Assembly (NCBI RefSeq): GCF_006345805.1
Contig: NC_043016.1
Coordinates: 9,796,001 to 9,860,000, forward strand
Length of the DNA: 64,000 nt
Source: Octopus sinensis
Taxonomy: Eukaryota
Direction: 5' to 3'
Shown here: positions 51,464 through 64,000 of the stretch, piece by piece
Layout of the letters: every line of letters starts with the position of its first letter
Numbering within the stretch: position 1 is the stretch's first letter
The notes under the pieces: generated by a model
Told to the model about the DNA's origin: nothing
Database searches by the model: none
Seen by the model: the letters and a program-made list of their open reading frames with translations, nothing else
Translations under genes and position numbers: made by a program

Positions 51464-51741
51464 CTATGGACTGCTCGAAGCTGGTTAACTTCCTGTGCCC
51501 TGATCCTTAGATCTTGCCTCTACATATCACTTATATCTTTGAGAGGTGATGGTGTCATTGAAACTCAAAGGTAATGCTGAATAAGTGCTATAGATAGACG
51601 TTAGTTAAGTTCCAGGTTCGGTGATTATGCGAATAAGGGGTTCAACGTTGGTCATATGTCAGTGTGTGTATATAAATTTTTTTTTTTGTAATGAGATAAA
51701 AAAAACCAAGGCTGTGTAGATTTTAGAACATTTATAGATAG

Positions 51742-51793
51742 GTCTTACAGCTGTTTCCAGGATATTTATTAATTATATCCCTTCATCGGAGAC
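51742..51793 (-). ncRNA. Minimal hammerhead-like motif (U4C, A.G at the base of stem II)
   Basis: Minus strand GTCT CCGATGA AG GGATAT aattaataa ATATCC TG GAAAC agct GTA AGAC; palindromic stem III ACAGCTGT. Confidence 0.6.
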
Positions 51794-53147
51794 GGTGTGA
51801 GAGGATGGTTAAGTAATAGTTAATTTAGATAAGATACAAAGTAGAGAGTGAGGTGGAGGAAAGAAAATAGATGTGATATGTAGGGATGTTATATTTGTAG
51901 ATCCATTTTTTTTAGGCAGAATGGTATATATGTAAGATTCCAATACCTTATGAGTAAAATCCAATAGTATTTAAAATTGGTCATTCCAAGTATAGAGTTT
52001 ATACACAGTGTTATTGAATCAAGGGTTTTATTTAAAGTGACCTAAAAATAGGGAGCGTATTAGTAGGGTCAAATCGAAAGCAAATTATTATATCAAAAGT
52101 GTTCTTGTGCATTATTTATTACTTTTGTAGTCCCTAAAATGCTATTTCCTTATCTCTGTTGAGTATCTGAGTCAGTCTAATACCCCCCTCCCACCTCCTG
52201 TCAGTTTGACAGTGCACACCTGAACTTGCTTCCCAGCCCCCCACTGATAGCATTACATTTCTCAGTCATGGGGTGGGCAGTAGAGAGAGATTGATTAAAG
52301 CAGTCCAGGTAGTAGCTGCAGAAGAGGGTTAATGAATGAGTGTCACGCTCCAGTGGTTATGGAAATCAAACAAAATGGGTGGTGGGCGAGGTGGCGGTGG
52401 ATTGTCTGAACAATGGAAGTGTCAAGGCAGGCTCTGCTTTCAAAACTCATCAATAACATGATTTCTATTGTGACAATCTTTTCACCTTTTAACTCCAATC
52501 TATGACTCATCGAGGATCAAATTAAACAACTTGTAGGTTGTTTCTAAAATCCTCACCTGACCCCCCCACACATCACTCAAAAATTATTTAATTGAACAGT
52601 GTTGTTGTTGTTGGTGGTGGTGGTGGTGGTGGTGGCTGGCAGTTGGACTATGAGAAAGTGTTTGACTCCCAGACTCCACAAAATTCATTAATGATTACAT
52701 TTTGTTGTGCAAGTTTTTTTCTTTTCTTTTTTTTTTTTTGGTTTTTGCTAAGTCAGCAGGAAGGATAGGGCCCAAGGCTTTTTAGGCACAGGCATGACTT
52801 GATCACAGTACTTATTTTTTTTCTTCTTAATGCTAAACCTGGTACTTATTTTCTTGGGGTGTTCACATACCCATAAAGAGTCCAATGCCAGTTGTCAAGG
52901 AGTAGTGGGGGACAAACACAGACATTGCCACACACACACAAGATGGACTTCCAGTTTCTGTCTACCAAATCCACTCAAAAGGCTCTGGTCAGCCTCAAGG
53001 CTATAGTAGAAGACACTTATCTAAGGTGCCATGCAGTGGAACTGAACCCAGAACCATGTGGTTAGAAAGCAAGCTTCTTACCACACAGCTATGCTTGTGC
53101 CTTTAGCATAAAGTATTAATTTCATTATCCAGCTGTATGTTTGTTGT

Positions 53148-53178
<31 letters not shown>

Positions 53179-53500
53179 TAAGTGGAGAGTTTATCAGCGA
53201 TTTAAGTAAGTCCTGCCAGTTTTCGCAGGAAGGGAAACCCTGGAAGAGACATCATCTTGCAGAAATGATGTTGCTAATGATTGATGGTGAAAATTTTTGA
53301 CAGAAGTAGGGCACATATGTATCATGGACAATTTAGTGAAAATAGATTATGAGAATCCCAGTTGAAGTTGGGTGTTTATGATAGGGAGGAAGGCGATGAA
53401 TGTGACTTGGCATGAGTTTTCATTCACACAGTTGTTAATTGTAGATGTGTGTGTTTTTGGATATCAGGAGCTAGGGTTGAGTGGAGCTAAACTTGTATAT

Positions 53501-53912
53501 ATTTCTTTATTGCCCACAAGGGGCTAAACATAGAGGGGACAAACAAGGACAGACAAAGGGATTAAGTCGATTACATCAACCCCAGTGCGAAACTGGTACT
53601 TTATCTATCGACCCCGAAAGGATGAAAGGCAAAGTCGACCTCAGCGGAATTTGAACTCAGAACGTAATGACAGACGAAATACCTATTTCTTTACTATCCA
53701 CAATGGGCTAAACACAGAGGGGACAAACAAGGACAGACATAGGTATTAAGTCGATTACATCGACCCCAGTACGAAACTGGTACTTTATCTATCGACCCCG
53801 AAAGGATGAAAGGCAAAGTCGACCTCGGCGGAATTTGAACTCAGAACGTAACGACAGACGAAATACCGCTAAGCAATTCGCCCGGCGTGCTTAACGTTTC
53901 TGCCAGCTCGCC
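53501..53912 (-). mobile_element. Dimeric family A SINE (one full and one 5'-truncated unit) inside one 15-bp TSD
   Basis: TSD gctaaacttgtatat at 53486-53500 and 53913-53927. Confidence 0.85.
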
Positions 53913-54689
53913 GCTAAACTTGTATATCGTTTGTTTACCTAACACAAAGATCAGGCATGATAGAACAGGATTTATAATCAAAGATATTCCAGTTATGACC
54001 ATCTCATCTTTCATTCAACCATAATATGTCTTGGACTACATCATCCAATGTAAGCTGTCTTCGTCAAAATTGACTTTGGTTAAACAAGAACAAATGACAG
54101 AGTAGACCTATGGTTAAAAACATTTCCGCTGTGACCAGCCCATCTTTCACTCAACTGTAATATATCTTGGATTTCATTATCCAATGTAGACTTCCTTTGT
54201 TGCTGTTTAGCTCATGATTGACTCAGAGATGTTATCAAAGGTCATTTCATTTATGACCATCCTATATTTTATTAAACTATGATGTATCCAAAACATCACT
54301 TAATGTATCCTTTATTGTTTTTAACCATGAGATTTAGCCTGATTGAGCAGATCACTCGGCAGTTCAAAGACGCTCCAACTTTTTTTCTTTTTTTTATAAA
54401 TATACCTAAGAATAAACTATCCAGTGTGTGTGTGTGTGTCCTTTTTTCAGATGTCAGTGTGATTTCAAGCCTACTTGGGTGTTATTTCTAACTATAAATA
54501 AACTCCCTTTTTGGCCCATTTGTTAATGGCATTATCATTAACCAAAAATGATAGACTGGTAGAAACTATAGCAAAGTGCTTAATTAACTTTTTAATTTCT
54601 GCTATACCCCTTAGCACAAGTGTCCATAATACTTGTTATTTCTCTAAGTACCAGTTGTATCTTTTCTTTTCTTTAGATGCTATATCAAG

Positions 54690-55310
54690 AATGTATGACA
54701 AAGGCGATCATGTCCTGCCAAAATTCTCTGTTCTTTTCTTCTGTAACAGTTCCACTTATTGGTGTCTGTCTCTTTCTTCCAACAAGTTCATCAAGCTTGA
54801 CATCTGCATCATCTTTCTCTTTCCTCTGCTTCTTTTTCTTTCAGTCCTTCAAGTCATTGATAAATTCTCCAGGCACTCTTTCCTCATCACACGATCAAGA
54901 AGAAATCTGTGACTTGGCCCTTATCTCACAAAACAGTTTCCTATTTACCACATCCCCTGTCATCATGATCAAGAAGAAATCTGTGACTTGGCCCTTATCT
55001 CACAAAACAGTTTCCTATTTACCACAGCCCCTGTCATCATGATCAAGAAGAAATCTGTGACTTGGCCCTTATCTCACAAAACAGTTTCCTATTTACCACA
55101 GCCCCTGTCATCATGATCAAGAAGAAATCTGTGACTTGGCCCTTATCTCACAAAGCAGTCTCCTATTTACCACAGCCCCTGTCATCATGATCAAGAAGAA
55201 ATCTGTGACTTGGCCCTTATCTCACAAAGCAGTCTCCTATTTACCACAGCCCCTGTCATCACTTCTTCATTAAGCACTTTGTCCTTGGTATCCCTATGTT
55301 TTCCTTAAGG
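54690..55310 (-). mobile_element. RTE LINE 3' fragment containing a 5 x 74-bp tandem repeat (54889-55262)
   Basis: Minus strand, across frameshifts: KVLNEEVMTGAVVNRRLLCEIR, FLDRVMRKECLENL, RSRGK, REFWQDMIAFV. Period 74 (gatcaag at 54893, 54967, 55041, 55115, 55189). Confidence 0.75.
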
Positions 55311-55666
55311 ACCAGTTGCATACTGTCTCAATTAAACCAACCATACCCTCATCATCATAATTTAATGTCCAGCTTCCATGCTGGCATGGATTGGCCAGTT
55401 TGACAAGATCTGAAAGTAGCAGGGCTGTATAATGCAAAATGCCTATTTTGGTATGAGTTCTATGGTTTGGTGCTCTTTCTGATACCAACCACTTTACAGT
55501 CTGTATTGGGTGCTTTATTTATTTATATATTTTTTTCTTAGCACCAATGCTAGTGATGATCACTATTGATATTTTGCGTATCTGAAAGGTAGCAAGTTGG
55601 CAGAATCACTAATGTACTGGGTAAAATGCCTTCTGGTATTTCATCCCTCCATACATTCTGAGTTCA

Positions 55667-56062
55667 TATTCTCTTTCTCTTTTTTCAGTCATTTGACTGC
55701 GGCCATGCTGGAGCACCGCCTTTAGTCGAGCAAATCGACCCCGGGACTTATTCTTTGTAAGCCCAGTACTTATTCTATCGGTCTCTTTTTGCCGAACCGC
55801 TAAGTGACGGGGACGTAAACACACCAGCATCGGTTGTCAAGCAATGCTAGGGGAACAAACACAGACACACAAACACACATACATATATATACATATATAC
55901 GACAGGCTTCTTTCAGTTTCCGTCTACCGAATCCACTCACAAGGCATTGGTCGGCCCGGGGCTATAGCAGAAGACACTTGCCCGAGATACCACGCAGTGG
56001 GACTGAACCCGGAACCATGAGGTTGGTTAGCAAGCTACTTACCACACAGCCACTCCTGCGCC
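55667..56062 (-). mobile_element. Full-length family B SINE nested in a family A-like remnant
   Basis: Near-consensus; the host SINE resumes at 56063 (attctgttgaggttgattttacctttcatcc). Confidence 0.85.
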
Positions 56063-57602
56063 TATTCTGTTGAGGTTGATTTTACCTTTCATCCTTTTGG
56101 GGTCCATAAAAGAAGTACTAGCTCAACACTGGGACTGATGTAATTGACTGTCCTCTTCCCAAAATGTCAGGGCTTGTGCCTATTATAGAAAGGGATTTTG
56201 TGCATGTTTGACAAAAGGAGTGTCTTGGCTTAACAGAATCATTGGAGCTTTGGCAACACCAAAAATATTTTGAGGTATTCAGTTATGTCTTTAAACACTT
56301 TGACCTTGTCGTGCTGTGTCCCTAGTATAGCCAAAATGTAATCTCTACTGGATTCTCATTAAAACGGTAATTAACAACACATGTAGAAAAAGACAAAATA
56401 CTAAAATTAGTCAAGTGATCGTGTTGCAGCTTTGTAATCATTTGACTCAAATACGGTAGTTGAGAGATAAGCCTATTAATGTTACTCTGCTGAATTTCTT
56501 TGTGATTCTGTCCATTAGTTTGCCTGCAGTCATTACTCTTAAGCTGTATGTGCAACTATTTATTTTTGCACAGGAGCCCAGGTGGAGGGTAAAGTTTGAC
56601 ACAGGGACCCAGATATTAGAGGGTTAAGTTCAAATCTCACCAAGGTTGACTTTGCATTTTATCTTTTAATCCTTTAGTGTTTAAACCGGCCATATCCGGC
56701 CCAAATAAATCTACCTGTTTTCTGTTAAAACTGCCCAGATTTGGTATCTCACACCAACCTATAATGTCAATCTAAAAACAGGTGATAACATCATCGAAAT
56801 CTTAAAGCTACGAAATAATGCATGATTAGCTTAAAACAATATGGATGAATAAATATTATAGTTGACAGAATAATCTGAATGCTAAAGGGTTAAGGAACAG
56901 TTAGGTGGCAGTTAAGTACTGAGTTTGATATATTCCACTACAAAGGTTCTCAGCCATTTTCTACCTGTGGACCCCACCCATAACCATTGGACGTTTAAAA
57001 CTAGTTTCATAGATACTTCCTTCAAAATCCCTATTTGTTTTTCACACATTCAATTGGTGAGTTCTATCACAAACCTACTCGAGAGAACATATATTAGTGG
57101 CTGGAAATATGTTGAACTATGTAAAATGTTAAAGAAACCTAGCTGTTTCTTGCTATACATACCAATATATACACCTAAAGCAGAGGTTCTCAACTGTTTT
57201 TTTATCTATAGATCCCTTTGATTATTATTTTATTCTGGTGAATCCCCATAGCTACCTGAAGTTTCAAAATTAGTTTTATAGAAACTTCTTTCAAAATTCC
57301 TATTTTGCTTTCTTGCAATGCATACATCTAAAGCAGGGGTTCTCAACTATTTTTTTAATCTATGAACCCCTTTGATTATTATTTTCCCCACATTAACTTG
57401 TGTAGCTTGAGCTATGTAAAATGTTAGAGAAATAAAGCTAGCTATGTCTTGCAGTATTACCAATACAAACATCTGGTAGCATGTGGAAAGTTCCCTCCGA
57501 GTGTTGGGCCTCATGGAGGCAATGACCGAGACCTTTGGCATTATGCCGTTCTTGAAAAGGTGGTCCATGAAGCCAAGTAAAGTCGCAGTCTTGGTAGATA
57601 CC

Positions 57603-57833
57603 TATTTCTTTATTACCCACAAGGGGCTAAACACAGAGGGGACAAACAAGGACAGACATAGGTATTAAGTCGATTACATCGACCCCAGTGCGTAACTGGT
57701 GCTTAATTTATCGACCCCGAAAGGATGAAAGGCAAAGTCGACCTCGGCGGAATTTGAACTCACAACGTAATGCAGATGAAATACCGCTAAGCATTTCGCC
57801 CGGTGTGCTAACATTTCTGCCAGCTTACCGCCT
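57603..57833 (-). mobile_element. Family A SINE nested in a family C element
   Basis: Flanking direct repeat cttggtagatacc at 57590-57602 and 57832-57844. Confidence 0.9.
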
Positions 57834-59671
57834 TGGTAGATACCAGTCGCATGTAAAAGCACCCATTACACTCTCTTGAAGTGGTAGGTGTTAGGAAGGG
57901 CATCCAGCTGTAGGCACTATGCCAAATCAGACTGGAGTCTAGTGCAGCCTTCCAGCTTGCCAGCTTTGGTCAAACTGTCCAACATGCCAGCATGGACAAC
58001 GGACGCTAAATGATGGACCCCTTTAATTATTATTTTCCCCACATTAACTTATGTAGGTTGATCTGTGTAAAATGTTAGAGAAAGAACCCTAGCTGTTTCT
58101 TGAAAAATATTTGCTTTGTATGTATTTATTGCATGGGCCCCTAAAAACTACTGTGGATCTCCAATTTAGTGTTTTGCTTGTGTGACACCCGCCAAAATCT
58201 TATATGGACCCATAGGTGTCATATGGCTTCCAGTTCAGAACCACCTATCTAGTATATCTGTCCACAACCAGAGAGAGGAAAAAAGGGATCAGAAGTAGGG
58301 TGGGTTGTGTTGGAATCGAAATGTGGTTCTGGTGACAAGTGCTCACAGCTATATTCTATTCTCACCGAAATTTGTAGTCTGGTATTTATGTTAGAAGTTC
58401 AAAGTTTTGAAATGTGATACTGGAGAAATTAGTTCTTGCTAATTATTTATTATTTAGTTGTTGCACTGAAAGATGATCTTCAAGGTTTCTACTTTTTATT
58501 TTTATTTTTTGTTTTTTTTTTTTGTAGTGGTCTCAGTAATTGGACTGTGGTCATAATGGAGCATCAGTTTCAAGGGATTTTAATCAACCGTATCACTGCT
58601 AGTACTAATTTCAGTTTGATACTTGATTTAGTAATCTATACTTTATCCAATAATTAACGTTATTCTTTTGATAGAGATATTCTATCTTCTTTCGCTTGTT
58701 TGTCATTGAACTGCGACCATGCTGGATTATTACCTTGATTGGCTTGGTTAAACAACTTTATTACTTATTTTTAAAGTGTGGTACTTATTCTAACCATCGC
58801 TTTTGCTGCACTGCTAACTTAGGTGAACATAAACAAACCATCACTGGTTGGTTTGGAAATTGGTGGGGACACACACATACACACACATATATATTTTCTT
58901 TTAATTGTTTGTCATTTGACTGCAGCCATGCTGGAGCGCCACCTTGAAGAATTTTAGGCAAACAGATCAATCCCAGGACTTATTATTCTTTGTAAGCCTA
59001 GTACTTATTCTGTCAGTATCTTCTGCCAAACTGCTATGTTACAGGAATGTAAACACACCAACATTGGTTGTCAAGCAATGATGGGGTGACACACACACAT
59101 GTATACCTAACAGGTTTCTTGTACATATACATTGATCTTCCACACAGCTTCCATCTACCAAATTCCTTCACAAATCATGGTCAGTTTGGTGCTATAGAAC
59201 ACACTTGGTCAAGATGTTGTGTTGTGGGATTGAATCTAAAACAATATGGTTTCAAAGTGACTTTCTTGACCACATAGTCATGTCAGCATCTAGATATTCT
59301 TTCTTCTTAAAGCTTAGTCACAGGAGAGATGAGTGTTGTGTGACCTTTTCAATGACCTTACCACTGGTGAAGAGAGAAGCTGGAAGTAATTCCCAGACCA
59401 GATCTGAGTGAACTTTACTAAAGGTACCAGAGTTCCGGAATATGGTGTTAAACCTGGCAGTGTATTAAGGATATCATCCTAAAGGATCATGAAGGGTAAT
59501 ATCATCTCATAGGCTTTAGGCTTTTATCAATTTGGGTTTTTATGTTAGGTCAACCTTTCTTTGATCTAGATAGCTGAGTGGACAGATAGCTAGGTAGCTA
59601 GATTGAGAGATAGATAATTAGATCAACATATAGGCAGATAAGATAGGTGGGCGGGTAGTTAGATGGATAGA

Positions 59672-60073
59672 TACTCTTTTTTTTTTATTTACTTGTTTCA
59701 GACATTTTGACTGTGGCCATGCTGGAGCACCACCTTTATTCGAGCAAATCGACCCCAGGACTTGTTCTTTGTAAACCTAGTACTTATTCTATTGATCTTT
59801 TGCCGAACCGCTAAGTTACGGGGACATAAACACACCAGCATCAGTTGTCAAGCGATGTTGGAACAAAATGCTGACCCCCCCCCCACACACACACACATAT
59901 ATACATATATATGACGGGCTTCTTTCAGTTCCATCTACCAAAATCCACTCACAAGGCTTTGGTCGGCCCGAGGCTATAGTAGAAGGCACTTGCCCAAGGT
60001 GCCACGCAGTGGGACTGAACCCGGAACCATGTGGTTCGTAAGCAAGCTACTTACCACACAGCCACTCCTATGC
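59672..60073 (-). mobile_element. Full-length family B SINE; further decayed copies at ~29665-30195, 43935-44235, 44870-45185, 46345-46690(+), 52830-53095, 58905-59285
   Basis: Family B head, body and tail. Confidence 0.85.
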
Positions 60074-61241
60074 TTCTGATAGTGGAAAGATATGCATACT
60101 TTAAATCAAGGACTGAATTTTATGGTATCATCTTTAATTTTTTGGCTATATTTGTTCTCAAGAAAGATGGAAAATACATTTGGTGAACATATATATTTTA
60201 TCTTAATATCATTATTTCTGAAACTTTCTGGGAGAAATAAACACTTGTTTACATAGAATATATTGATTGGTAGATATATCTTTCTAAGGATCTAGGTAGA
60301 TCAATACATAGGTAGATTGATGAATTGATTTGTATGTAAGTAGGTAAGAATCTTATGAAGCTTTACATATGTCCTTCTGTATGAGGTAGGATTAGTTGTA
60401 ACGTTCTTTCAGAGATTCCAGGTCTCTTTGCACTTTAACACACTGTACAAAATTAGCCTTTTAATCTAAATGTCATCTCAAGTATCATATAGCCTTATTA
60501 ACCATACTTTCTCGCTCTCTCTCTCTTTTTTTTTTTTTTTATTTTCTCATGTTAATAATGACAGACTCTTCTCCAGGTTGGTCGAGCTGCTGCAGGGTGG
60601 TGGGGAACACGGAAGAAAATTAGCATCTATATATCTTCCTCAATTACACACTACCCTTTCCTAAAAATAGGAAGGACATGCATTGGATAATGTACTCCTT
60701 GATGCACTTAGTCAGAAGGGAATGGCAGGATGTGTAACATTTTCTATACACTTCCAGGATTGGCAGCACGAACAGAGAAATTTAGCCTCAGACTAGAAAA
60801 TTGTTCTGAATTCTTGTAACTAAATGCACCCAAAGACCAGGTGGTGTTAACAACTTTTTTGTCGACAAATTTCAATTAAAATACTTGGAATTTCATCATC
60901 TTCGTCATTTAACATCAATTTTTTTTGATACCTGCATGTGTTGGAAGGATTTTATATTTGAGGTAGTTTTTCTATGACCAGATTCCCTTCTTGTTACCGG
61001 ATTAAGTAATTTTTCCCCCATACCCAGACTTGTTCTTGCTGAATATTGGAAATGAATGCCAGTGACTCTCATTTACAGCTGTAACAGTCAGGAGAAAGAC
61101 CCAAACACACACACACAAGCATAATGTGTATATATATATATGTATGTATGTGTAGGTATGTATGTGTATGTATGTATGTGTTTTGTGTGTATGTGTGTGT
61201 GTATATGTATGTGTGTGTGTGTATGTATGTGTGTGTGTATG

Positions 61242-61272
<31 letters not shown>

Positions 61273-61342
61273 TATATATATATATATGTGTGTGTGTGGT
61301 ATATATATATATTATGTGTATATATATATGTGTGTGTGTGTG

Positions 61343-61391
<49 letters not shown>

Positions 61392-61451
61392 GTGTATATA
61401 TATATGTGTGTGTGTGTGTGTATATATATATATGTATGTGTGTGTGGTGTG

Positions 61452-61485
<34 letters not shown>

Positions 61486-62376
61486 ATATATTTATATATG
61501 TGCTAGCATGGAAAGCGGACGCTAAACGATGATGATATATATACCATGATATACATACACACAATGGGCTTCAGTACAGTTTTCATCTACAAAGTCCACT
61601 CACAAGAGTTTGGTCAATCCAGGGCTATAGTGGAAGACACTTGCCAAGATACCCAGATACCCCACAGTGGAACTGAACCTGGAGCCATGTGACTGGGAAG
61701 TACCGTCCTCACTGCACATCCATGCCTGTACCCCCACAGATCCACCCAAGTTTTGTTTTTGTTAATTCTGAAAATAACGAATTCGCTGAAATAACTTTGT
61801 AATTTATCAAGCTGATGCCTACAACATAAATATGGCTTTTAATGTATTTTTATTCAAATTCAGTGACGCGTAAAAAGTAATAACTATAACTGCAAGTTCA
61901 TTGACCATTTAAAAACATTTATTCTGCTCTTCTGATATTGCTTATGACCCAAAACAATAAATTCCTTTAATCTTTCAAAACCTGTATTTCTTTTCACAAT
62001 AACATTCCAACACTCCAAATGTAAAAACACAATCATTTATGTATTTTTTTTTTTTTTATAATAGTAAATTTTCAGTAGTTAGTATGTACTTCCTACAACT
62101 ATCACGCACTTTAATAATAAGCTAATCCTTTTCTGAACATAAATTTCTACGCAGTTTATTTAAAAATTTTTTTTTTACTTCCGTTTTTGCAGTAAATGGA
62201 AGACAAAACTTCTTTCAGATAAGATATTAATTTCTTATAGGTAGCTTATTTATGAGCAACTTGCGAAAAACACTAATACAACATTTTTTTTTTTTATGTC
62301 ATAAATATTTAAAAACATTGAGAGAACATAAAATCGTTTTTAGCAGTTGAAATCTTAAGTAGAAAACCTATTAATT

Positions 62377-62540
62377 GGTTCTGAGTTCAAATTCCGCCGA
62401 GGTCAACTTTGTCTTTCATCCTTTCAGGGTCGATTAAATAGGTACCAGTTATGCACTGGGGTTGATGTAATCGACTTAATCCATTTGTCTGTCCTTGTTT
62501 GTCTCCTCTGTGTGTAGCCCCTTGTGGGCAGTAAAGAAAT
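62377..62540 (+). mobile_element. 5'-truncated family A SINE with TSD
   Basis: Flanking direct repeat gaaaacctattaa on both sides. Confidence 0.85.
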
Positions 62541-63186
62541 TGGAAAACCTATTAACTGGGGTTCGTTATCAAATTTTGTCGTTAAAATTTATCAATAAAT
62601 TGATTATACCTCTACACTGCTCAAAATAATTTAAACAATTTTTTTTTAATACAATTCCTAATATTTAAAAATGTATAAATAAATATTTTTAAACATCGAA
62701 TGGCTGTGAAGGCCCACAAGGGTAAAATAGAAACCATGGAGTCCATAGGAAAAAAATGGTTGGGAATCACTGCTGTAAATCTTTTATCCTTTACTTGTTT
62801 GTCATTGAACTGCAGTCATGCTGGAGCACCACCTGGAAGAATTTATAGTTGAATGTATTGACCCAAATACTTTTTATAAGCCTGTTATTCCATCGGTCTC
62901 TTTTCCCGAACTGCTAAGTTGCAGGGACATAAACGCACCAGCACTGGTTGTCAAGCAGTGGTGGTGGACACACACACACGTGTGTGTGTATATATATATG
63001 TATATATATCATCATCGTTTAACATCTACTTTCCATGCTAGCATGGGTTGGACTATTTGATTGTGGTCTGGTGAACCTGATGGCTGCACCAGACTCCATT
63101 CTGATCTGACAGTTTCTACAGCTGGATGCCCTTCCTAACGCCAACCACTCCGAGAGTGTAGTGGGTGCTTTTTACGTGCCACACAC

Positions 63187-63240
<54 letters not shown>

Positions 63241-64000
63241 ACAGGCCTCTTTGTTTCCATCTACCTCTGCACTGCTGAGGGTAATGTCTTGGTGTATACT
63301 GTAACACTCAAACATTCCAGCTGTGACCATCCTACCTTTTTCTATTATTCAGTGTGTTCGTTCTTTGATGGTGGGGTGTAATTTGAGGGAGATTTGGCTT
63401 GTATTTCTAGCTTCGAAATACAGTTGGCATCAATTTTTGTGAGCTCAATAAAGCATTTGAATGGAAATTCCCATAACGATGTTATTTTTCCTGCAGCTTT
63501 TGCATTGTTTGTCTGATTTTGATGAAAATCGATGAATGAGCGAGGCTCATGGCAGTGAGTTGATGTCAGTATACGGCTGCACCATTGAACATGTCATTGG
63601 CTGCAAAAACTCCGTTCTGTCAACAAAATTCCATTGTCTGCTCTGACCATTTTTCCTCCAGCCTGCCACACATCTACATCTTCTCTTCCTGCAACAGTAT
63701 GCCGAACCAGATATAGCTGCTTAATGGCTAATAGTTGGCACGGGGAACGTAAATTTCAATACAAGGTCAGAAGTGGGCTTAACTTTAGCATGGAAAACAC
63801 GAACAATGCCGGGTCCAACTGCTAGTTTAACCTATTCCTGTTATAACATGAATATAGTGTGACGGGGTTAAAGCTTAGAATTCTTTCCTTTACACCTTAT
63901 TGAAAGTAAGTTTTATTATGTTAATGAACTTTTTCTCATTATGGGTTTAATTCCAATTGATCAAAAATGTTTTTTTAGGCTCACCAGATGAATTATTGTA

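Larger units (their letters stand above)
11316..64000 (+). other. Probable intron 1 of the SWAP70/DEF6-like gene (continues beyond the window)
   Basis: GT donor at 11316. No downstream exon with the expected continuation (VLSHNL/VLTANIG-like) was found by eye. The region is repeat-filled. Confidence 0.6.

Noticed and set aside
54511-55042. 133-aa and 121-aa + strand ORFs
   Set aside because: Antisense to a decayed RTE fragment and its 74-bp repeat; no recognisable domain.
63430-63875. Unique-looking segment ending in gtgacggggttaa (possible TTAA transposon end or exon)
   Set aside because: No open frame with recognisable similarity and no matching second terminus in the window.

Overview
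AT-rich, microsatellite-dense animal genomic DNA, inferred to be a coleoid cephalopod, most likely Octopus (from recognising the SINE repertoire, not from a database search). Only one host coding exon is supportable: the first coding exon of a SWAP70/DEF6-family gene (+, 11229-11315, MEELEKAIWHAFIFLADKQSGLTQKSKLK, GT donor). No exon 2 was found, so the remaining ~52.7 kb is read as intron 1. The rest is transposon debris: tRNA-derived SINEs (Meta-domain, CORE-like, tRNA-Arg type, RTE-tail type), RTE and R4/Dong LINE fossils, a deleted piggyBac plus MITEs, hAT and Merlin-like MITEs, non-autonomous Helitrons, foldbacks and several tandem arrays seeded by retroelement parts. The most interesting signal is a set of minimal type-I hammerhead ribozyme motifs (Penelope/retrozyme style), all partly decayed and mostly at CpG positions. 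They sit in three or four unrelated short elements, most lying next to (TA)n tracts. Most ORFs in the supplied track are repeat artefacts. There is no CRISPR array or prokaryotic system. Repeat boundaries are read by eye and are approximate unless a TSD is quoted.
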